Shown piece after piece: positions 58,481 to 64,000 of a DNA stretch of 64,000 nucleotides (positions are counted from its first letter, which is position 1; each line of letters starts with the position of its first letter). A model generated the notes under the pieces. The model was not told where the DNA came from. It saw only the letters and a list, made by a program, of their open reading frames with translations, and searched no databases. This stretch comes from Candidatus Binatia bacterium (lineage in GTDB: Bacteria > Desulfobacterota > Binatia > HRBIN30). Location: the NCBI GenBank assembly GCA_038245295.1, contig JBBRSP010000001.1:384001-448000 (forward strand), read 5' to 3'. The translations under genes and the position numbers were made by a program.

Positions 58481-59515
58481 ATGTTGCGAGCTCGATCATC
58501 GTTCCTGACGACTGTTGGCTGTGTTCTGTGGCTTGGCTTGGCGCCTGCGGCGCATGCCTACTCGACGGGGTCCATCACGACCTGGTTCCCCGACCAGGCA
58601 ACCGGCTGCAACAATGCCGCCTGCCACAGTGGTGGCACGACGCCGACGGTGACGGTGAGTGGTCCCACGGCGGTCGCGCCGGGCTCGACCAACACCTACA
58701 CGGTGACGGTTTCCAACCCGGGCCTGCAAAAAGCGGCGGGGCTCAACGTGTCGGCGCCTTTGGGGCAGCTGGCGATCGGCGGCCCCGATGCCGCCAACAC
58801 GAAGACGGTTCTCAACGGAGCTCTCGATGAGGTGACGCACACGGCGCCGAAGCTTGGGACGGCGGGCCTTACGACGTTCTCCTTCGATTGGACCGCGCCG
58901 GCGTTGTTCAGCAGCGCGGGACTCAATGTGTGGGGCAACGCCGTTGACCTCGGCCTGACCTCGCTGGGCGACGCCGCGGCGAAGTCGACGCTGAGCGTCA
59001 GCAACAACACGTTGTGCCCGGCCGTTCCGCGCAGCTGCATTGCGCCACTGAAGAGTGTGCTCACCATCACCAGTAAAGTTACGACGACGTCGACGAAGCA
59101 GACGATCAACTTCGCCTGGCGCAAGGGGCCAACGACGGCGGTGAGCGACTTCTCGACGCCGACGGCGAACACGCCGTATGCGCTGTGTCTCTATGTCGAT
59201 TCCAACCTGTTGGCGCAGATGGGTGTGCCCGCCGGTCTGGCCTGGACGGCCAATCCCAAGGGGTTCCGCTACAAGGACAAGACGGCGCCGCAGCTGCAAG
59301 CCATGAGCCTGGCGATCGGCACCTCGCCCGACAAGGCGGTGATCACCACCAAGGGCAAGAACACTTCGCTTGGCCTGCCGACGATGTTGCCTGCCCCCAC
59401 CACGTCGATCATCGTGCAGGTTGCCAACGGTGAAAACGGCATGTGCTGGGGTGAGCAGTACAGTGGTCTGGCGATCACGAAGATCGCCGTCGACAAGTTG
59501 GTCGCGAAGCACTAG
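58481..59515 (+). CDS. Secreted protein with CX4CH plus Reeler/choice-of-anchor V-like domain and a Lys-rich C-terminal beta domain
   Basis: Signal peptide ending AHA; GCNNAACHSGG, SGPTAVAPGSTNTYTV, AGLNVSA, EVTHTAPK, FSFDWTAP, WGNAVD. Confidence 0.75.
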   Translation: MLRARSSFLTTVGCVLWLGLAPAAHAYSTGSITTWFPDQATGCNNAACHSGGTTPTVTVSGPTAVAPGSTNTYTVTVSNPGLQKAAGLNVSAPLGQLAIGGPDAANTKTVLNGALDEVTHTAPKLGTAGLTTFSFDWTAPALFSSAGLNVWGNAVDLGLTSLGDAAAKSTLSVSNNTLCPAVPRSCIAPLKSVLTITSKVTTTSTKQTINFAWRKGPTTAVSDFSTPTANTPYALCLYVDSNLLAQMGVPAGLAWTANPKGFRYKDKTAPQLQAMSLAIGTSPDKAVITTKGKNTSLGLPTMLPAPTTSIIVQVANGENGMCWGEQYSGLAITKIAVDKLVAKH

Positions 59516-59518
59516 CGG

Positions 59519-59540
59519 CGGCGCGGATCGTTCCGCGCCG
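59519..59540 (+). terminator. Hairpin after the cytochrome cluster
   Basis: CGGCGCGGA-TCGT-TCCGCGCCG just after the stop; no U-tract. Confidence 0.4.
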
Positions 59541-59628
59541 CGCCCGATCGCGGCTGCCGCACCAGAACCCTTGCTTTCGAATGCCTGGCGGAGCACAAAC
59601 GTGCCCGTAGCAGTCACTGAGGGTTCGA

Positions 59629-61551
59629 ATGTCATGTGCCGAAGCAGCGTTCCAGAGGTCTGTTCCCAGCGTGCCGCCCTGGCGGTGGGTCCTGTCGTGC
59701 CTGGCGGCAATGATTCTGCTCGGACGGTCCCCCGCGGCTGCCTGCACGGGCGATTGCAACGGCGATGGCGAGGTCACCGTCGACGAGATCCTTGTTGGCG
59801 TAAATGTCGCGCTGGACCGCACAGCGCTGCCGACTTGTCCGAGTCTAGACGGTGATCAGAACGGCCGGGTGACGGTCGATGAGCTCATCAGCGCGGTGCG
59901 CGCGGCGTTGCAGGGCTGCCCCACGCCGCCAACCCCGACTGCGACGCCGGTACCGTTGCCGGCGTTCAGCGATGTCACGGCGGCAGCTGGGGTTGAATAC
60001 CTCCAGTATGTGTTGCCGCGTATCGCGCCGATCAGCGAAGCTGAATACTACTCCGGCGGTGCCGCGGCCGGCGACTATGATGGGGACGGTTGGGTCGACC
60101 TCTACGTGACACGTCTCGATGCGCCGGCGATCCTATTTCACAACCAGGGCGACGGTACATTTGAGGACCGCAGCGAGCCGGTGATCGGCACGCTGAGGCG
60201 CAATTGGAACGGCGCGGCATGGGGCGACATCGACAACGACGGCGATCTCGATCTTTACGTCACGGCGCTGAACGACACACGCCACTATCTGTTCATCAAC
60301 GATGGCGCCGGGCACCTTACCGAGCAGGCGGAGCTGCGCAACGCCGCCATCCCGGACCCCGGCGGCCATTACGGATTCAGCGTGGCGTTCGGCGACTTCG
60401 ACCGCGACGGCTACCTCGATGTGGCGGTGGGGCAGTGGCTCTTTCCAGTCGGCTCCGAGCCATCGAAGGCCGGCGTGCGGTTGCTGCATAATCGCGGCGC
60501 CGCGGCGCCGGGATATTTTGACGATGTAACGTCGGCGGCAGGCCTCGAGGCGGAGCGCACGCGGCCAATTCCGAATCACACCGGTGCCAGCTTTCAGTTC
60601 ACGCCACGATTTGCCGATCTCGACGATGACGGCTGGCCGGATCTCGCGATGACCGCCGACTTCGGCACCAGCCGACTGTTCTGGAACAATCACGACGGAA
60701 CCTTCCTTGACGGCACGCTGGCGGCCGGCGTCGGGAGCGACGAAAACGGCATGGGAGCGACGATTGGCGACTACGACGGCGATGGGCGGCTTGATTGGTT
60801 TGTGACGTCGATCTTCGATCCCGACAACTACTGTGCGTTGTTGGGGCTGACGTGTTCGTGGGGCAGGACAGGCAACCGTCTCTATCACAACGACGGTCAA
60901 CGGCGGTTCTCGGATCGAACCGACGCGGCCGGCGTGCGTGACGGCTATTGGGGCTGGGGCACGGCGTTCTTCGACTACGACAACGACGGCGATCTCGATC
61001 TGACGATGACCAACGGCTTGCGCTACGGCTTCGCGGCACCCGACGATCCGAATCTGCTCGTCATCAGTCGCTTCCTCAACGATCCGATGCGCCTGTGGCG
61101 CAACGACGGTGCGACGATGAGCGAGGTGTCGGCGGCCAGTGGCATGACGAGTCTGGAATCCGGCAAGGGTCTGCTGACCTTCGACTACGACAACGATGGC
61201 GACGTCGATGTGTTCGTCGTCAACAACACGGGATACCCGGTGCTGTATCGCAACAACGCGCAGGGCAATACGTGGCTGAGCGTCAAGCTGATCGGCACCG
61301 ACACCAACCGCGACGCGATCGGCGCGCGTGTCTGGGTGACGGCCGAAGCCGGCGGCCCGTCGCAGCTACGCGAGATCGACGGCGGCAGCCATTACCTGGC
61401 GCAAAGCGAGTTCACCGCCCACTTCGGTCTCGGCGCCGGCACCGAGCCGGTCGCCGAGGTACGAGTCGAATGGCCCAAGACCGGCCGCGTACAACGTTTC
61501 GAGAACGTCGCGCGCAATACGAAGCTGATCGTCGAGGAGCCGGCAGACTAG
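59629..61551 (+). CDS. CRTAC1/ASPIC-UnbV family FG-GAP repeat protein with N-terminal dockerin-like module
   Basis: Seven D(Y/I/F/L)DxDGxxD FG-GAP repeats, NRDAIGARV...HFGLG..V.WP ASPIC domain; N-terminal CTGDCNGDGEVTVDEI; start may be 59671 or 59710. Confidence 0.9.
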   Translation: MSCAEAAFQRSVPSVPPWRWVLSCLAAMILLGRSPAAACTGDCNGDGEVTVDEILVGVNVALDRTALPTCPSLDGDQNGRVTVDELISAVRAALQGCPTPPTPTATPVPLPAFSDVTAAAGVEYLQYVLPRIAPISEAEYYSGGAAAGDYDGDGWVDLYVTRLDAPAILFHNQGDGTFEDRSEPVIGTLRRNWNGAAWGDIDNDGDLDLYVTALNDTRHYLFINDGAGHLTEQAELRNAAIPDPGGHYGFSVAFGDFDRDGYLDVAVGQWLFPVGSEPSKAGVRLLHNRGAAAPGYFDDVTSAAGLEAERTRPIPNHTGASFQFTPRFADLDDDGWPDLAMTADFGTSRLFWNNHDGTFLDGTLAAGVGSDENGMGATIGDYDGDGRLDWFVTSIFDPDNYCALLGLTCSWGRTGNRLYHNDGQRRFSDRTDAAGVRDGYWGWGTAFFDYDNDGDLDLTMTNGLRYGFAAPDDPNLLVISRFLNDPMRLWRNDGATMSEVSAASGMTSLESGKGLLTFDYDNDGDVDVFVVNNTGYPVLYRNNAQGNTWLSVKLIGTDTNRDAIGARVWVTAEAGGPSQLREIDGGSHYLAQSEFTAHFGLGAGTEPVAEVRVEWPKTGRVQRFENVARNTKLIVEEPAD

Positions 61552-61556
61552 ACTAC

Positions 61557-61638
61557 CCCGCGCCCGCGCCCGCCCGTGCCCGTGCCCCTGCCCGTGTTCG
61601 GACGCGGGCGGGGGCAGGGGCAGGGGCACGGGCGGGGG
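61557..61638. repeat. Inverted hexamer arrays (GCCCGT-type / GGGGCA-type) forming a long hairpin
   Basis: CCCGTGCCCGTGCCCCTGCCCGTG-TTCG-...GGGGCAGGGGCAGGGGCACGGGCGGG. Confidence 0.8.
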
Positions 61639-61678
61639 AGTATGGCGTCACACCCACCACCTGACCTATCGTCGGGCG

Positions 61679-62551
61679 ATGAAATTGCATCGCATGGTTC
61701 GAGGCGTCCAGGTGCCGGCCTTCTTCTACGGCACGGCCTGGAAAGAGGAGCGCACCCGTGAGCTCACCGAGTTAGCCCTCAGCGCCGGCTTCCGCGCCAT
61801 CGATACGGCCAATCAGCGCAAGCACTATCTCGAGGCGGGTGTCGGCGACGCGGTCGCCGCGGCGATTGCCGCCGGCCGGTGCACACGCGGTGATCTGTTC
61901 CTGGAAACCAAGTTCACCTACGCGCGCGGCCAGGACCATCGTCTGCCATACGATCCGGCGGCCGATACGACGACCCAGGTGGCCCAATCGTTTGCCAGCT
62001 CGTTGGAGCATCTGCACACCGACTACGTCGATGCGTTGTTGCTGCACGGGCCGTCACACACGAAGGGCATCAGCCCGAGTGACTGGCAGGCCTGGCACGC
62101 CATGGAAGAGCTGGCCCAAACGGGCAAGGCTCGACTCCTCGGGATCAGCAACGTCTCCCTCGATCAGCTCACCGCTCTCGAAGCGGGGGCACGTATGAAA
62201 CCTGCTTTCGTACAGAACCGTTGTTACGCTCGTGGTGGATGGGACCGCGAGGTGCGCGCCTTCTGTCGCGCCCATGACATCGCCTACCAGGGCTTCTCGC
62301 TGCTGACCGCCAATCAGCGCGAGCTGACACGACCGGCAATGACGCAGATCGCCCGCCGCGTGCAGCGACCGGTGTCTGCTGTTGTCTTTTGCTTCGCCCT
62401 GCAAGTCGGGATGATCCCGCTGACCGGCACGACGAGCCTGGCGCACATGCACGACGATCTCGCGAGCTTCGATTTCGAGCTATCAGCCGACGAGCTTCGC
62501 AGCGTGGAGGAGATTGGCGATCAACCGGCGCTCGGCAACGCCGCAGGCTGA
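61679..62551 (+). CDS. Aldo/keto reductase
   Basis: YGTAW, IDTANQRKHY, TKF, LLHGP, LGISN, VQNR. Confidence 0.92.
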   Translation: MKLHRMVRGVQVPAFFYGTAWKEERTRELTELALSAGFRAIDTANQRKHYLEAGVGDAVAAAIAAGRCTRGDLFLETKFTYARGQDHRLPYDPAADTTTQVAQSFASSLEHLHTDYVDALLLHGPSHTKGISPSDWQAWHAMEELAQTGKARLLGISNVSLDQLTALEAGARMKPAFVQNRCYARGGWDREVRAFCRAHDIAYQGFSLLTANQRELTRPAMTQIARRVQRPVSAVVFCFALQVGMIPLTGTTSLAHMHDDLASFDFELSADELRSVEEIGDQPALGNAAG

Positions 62552-62621
62552 AGCCTGCGCCTACCACGCGGCATCCGCGGGGCAAGATGGAACTGGTAGG
62601 CGCAGGCTTCAGCCTGCGGCG
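62539..62621. repeat. GTAG-type REP doublet (perfect 28-bp inverted repeat)
   Basis: CGCCGCAGGCTGAAGCCTGCGCCTACCA (62539-62566) and its exact reverse complement (62594-62621). Confidence 0.9.
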
Positions 62622-62784
62622 CACGTTGAGGCGGATCAATGGGCAAACGGCATCACCGCTTCCCTAACGTTTGCGCGCCGGTGCGAGCGGCAAGACAGGA
62701 CCGCAGCGATCCACAAGCCAACCGCACGCCAGGGACTTGCCATCTTTCCCCGGAGCAGACACTGAAGAGCGTCATGGAGGCGAG

Positions 62785-63825
62785 ATGATCTTCGAACAGA
62801 TCGTTACCGGCGGCTGCCAGTCGTATCTGGTGGGTTGTGACCAAACCTGCGGCGCGGCGCTGATCGACCCCGAGATCACGCAGATCGACCGCTACCTGGC
62901 GCTCGCCGCACGCGACGGCCTGCGTATTCGCTACCTCATCGACACACACACCCACGCCGATCACTTCTCGGCGACGCGCGAGCTGGCACGCCAGCTCGGC
63001 GCGCCGGTTGTCATGCATCGCCTGAGCCCGGCGCCGTTTGCGGCGATGCGAGTCGACGATGGGGAGATGATCGTGCTCGGCCGTTTGCGATTGCAGGTCC
63101 TGCACACCCCGGGGCATACGCGTGACTCGATGTGTATACTCGTCGACGACCGCCTGTTTACCGGCGACGCCCTGCTCATCGGCGCCACCGGGCGCACCGA
63201 TCTGCCGGGTGGCAACCCGGAGGAGCTTTACGACAGCCTGTTCTCCGGCATCCTGCGCCTGCCTCCCGAGACCGTGGTGTTTCCAGCCCACGACTACAAA
63301 AGCCGCGGTCATTCGACGATTGCCCAGGAGCTCGCCGAGAACCCGCGACTGCAACAGCGTGACCGCGGTACCTTCGTCGAAATGATGAACCATCTCAGCC
63401 TCAGCATGCCGACCCACATCACTGAAGCCCTGCGCACCAACATGAATGGCGGCAAGACGGTAGCCCAGATGCTCTCCGAAGCGGCGGCCACGGTTCCGTT
63501 CATGTCGCTGACCGAGCTCCAGGCACGCCTGGCGGCGGACAACGAAAGCCTCGTCGTGCTCGATGTACGCGAGCGCGACGCGTACGAGGCGGGGCATATC
63601 CCAGGCGCACGATTGCTACCGCGCGGCCAGTTGGAAATGCGCGTCGACACCGAGCTGCCGGATCCGACACGCCGCATCCTGGCCTACTGCGAGCTCGGCC
63701 TCATCTCGACGCTCGCGGCAGCGACCCTGCACGAGATGGGTTTCCAACGCGCCCTGGCGTTGGATGGCGGGATGAAAGCCTGGCGCGAGGGTGGATTCCC
63801 GATCAAAGCGGGAAAGGAAGCCTAA
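62785..63825 (+). CDS. MBL-fold persulfide dioxygenase (ETHE1-like) fused to a rhodanese domain
   Basis: SD GGAGG; GCQSYLV, DTHTHADH, TPGHT, TGD, GRTD, PAHDY; C-terminal LDVRE, GHIPGA, YCELG. Confidence 0.9.
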   Translation: MIFEQIVTGGCQSYLVGCDQTCGAALIDPEITQIDRYLALAARDGLRIRYLIDTHTHADHFSATRELARQLGAPVVMHRLSPAPFAAMRVDDGEMIVLGRLRLQVLHTPGHTRDSMCILVDDRLFTGDALLIGATGRTDLPGGNPEELYDSLFSGILRLPPETVVFPAHDYKSRGHSTIAQELAENPRLQQRDRGTFVEMMNHLSLSMPTHITEALRTNMNGGKTVAQMLSEAAATVPFMSLTELQARLAADNESLVVLDVRERDAYEAGHIPGARLLPRGQLEMRVDTELPDPTRRILAYCELGLISTLAAATLHEMGFQRALALDGGMKAWREGGFPIKAGKEA

Positions 63826-63861
63826 CGCCCCCGCCCCCGCCCCCGCCCGTGCCCGTGCCCA
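63826..63861. repeat. Hexamer tandem repeat (C/T)GCCC(C/G/A) x6
   Basis: CGCCCC CGCCCC CGCCCC CGCCCG TGCCCG TGCCCA directly after the stop. Confidence 0.8.
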
Positions 63862-63909
63862 CGTCAGATCCGGATCCGTCTCTAACTTCTACGCAGGCGA
63901 GGGCGGAGG

Positions 63910-64000
63910 CTACGCCTTCATCTCATACGCTCCATCGAGAGCCAGCACATGCTCTTTCCAGACCGCGTCGTAACGTCGCGCGTCTCCAGCCGGCTTCTTG
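63910..64000 (-). CDS. Probable 3' end of an unidentified gene entering from the right edge
   Basis: Open frame KKPAGDARRYDAVWKEHVLALDGAYEMKA* ending in TAG at 63910. Confidence 0.4.
   Translation of the reverse strand, partial: KKPAGDARRYDAVWKEHVLALDGAYEMKA

Noticed and set aside
1..64000. Numerous alternative-frame ORFs, and tRNA/rRNA genes
   Set aside because: Shadow ORFs are expected in GC-rich coding DNA; no tRNA cloverleaf or rRNA signature was seen by eye, though a covariance-model scan would be needed to exclude ncRNAs

Overview
GC-rich bacterial chromosomal segment with about 47 protein-coding genes. I found no tRNA, rRNA, CRISPR array, phage or transposase gene. The style of the secreted proteins (Thr/Pro linkers, Cys-bracketed dockerin-like modules, Cys-rich domains) suggests a Candidatus Binatia / deltaproteobacterial-type organism; this is pattern-based inference only. 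Main blocks: (1) housekeeping and redox genes (GGQ release-factor-like, VKOR-DsbA fusion, ROK kinase, MAPEG, DEAD-box helicase, vapBC, trmB); (2) a minus-strand envelope block htpX-DUF1844-HtrA-PBP1B-alpha-2-macroglobulin-pbpC-SDR, with a divergent LysM lytic transglycosylase and a TMTC-like GT-C/TPR protein; (3) MFS transporter, D-cysteine desulfhydrase-like enzyme, Tat partner plus GMC oxidoreductase, rhodanese; (4) a STAND ATPase coupled to a sensor kinase, and an IPTL-CTERM-like surface protein; (5) a 7.8-kb glycan operon (clan-A glycoside hydrolase/GT2 fusion, ABC exporter, three paralogous atypical GT-B proteins); (6) a 9-11 kb cluster with two DUF1800-DUF1501 pairs interleaved with three exported putative heme proteins (CX5CH, 3xCXXCH, CX4CH), followed by an ASPIC/FG-GAP protein. 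Blocks 6 and 5 are the best candidates for an uncharacterised system. Intergenic DNA carries several distinct REP/MITE-like palindromic repeat families. All family assignments come from motif reading, not database searches.
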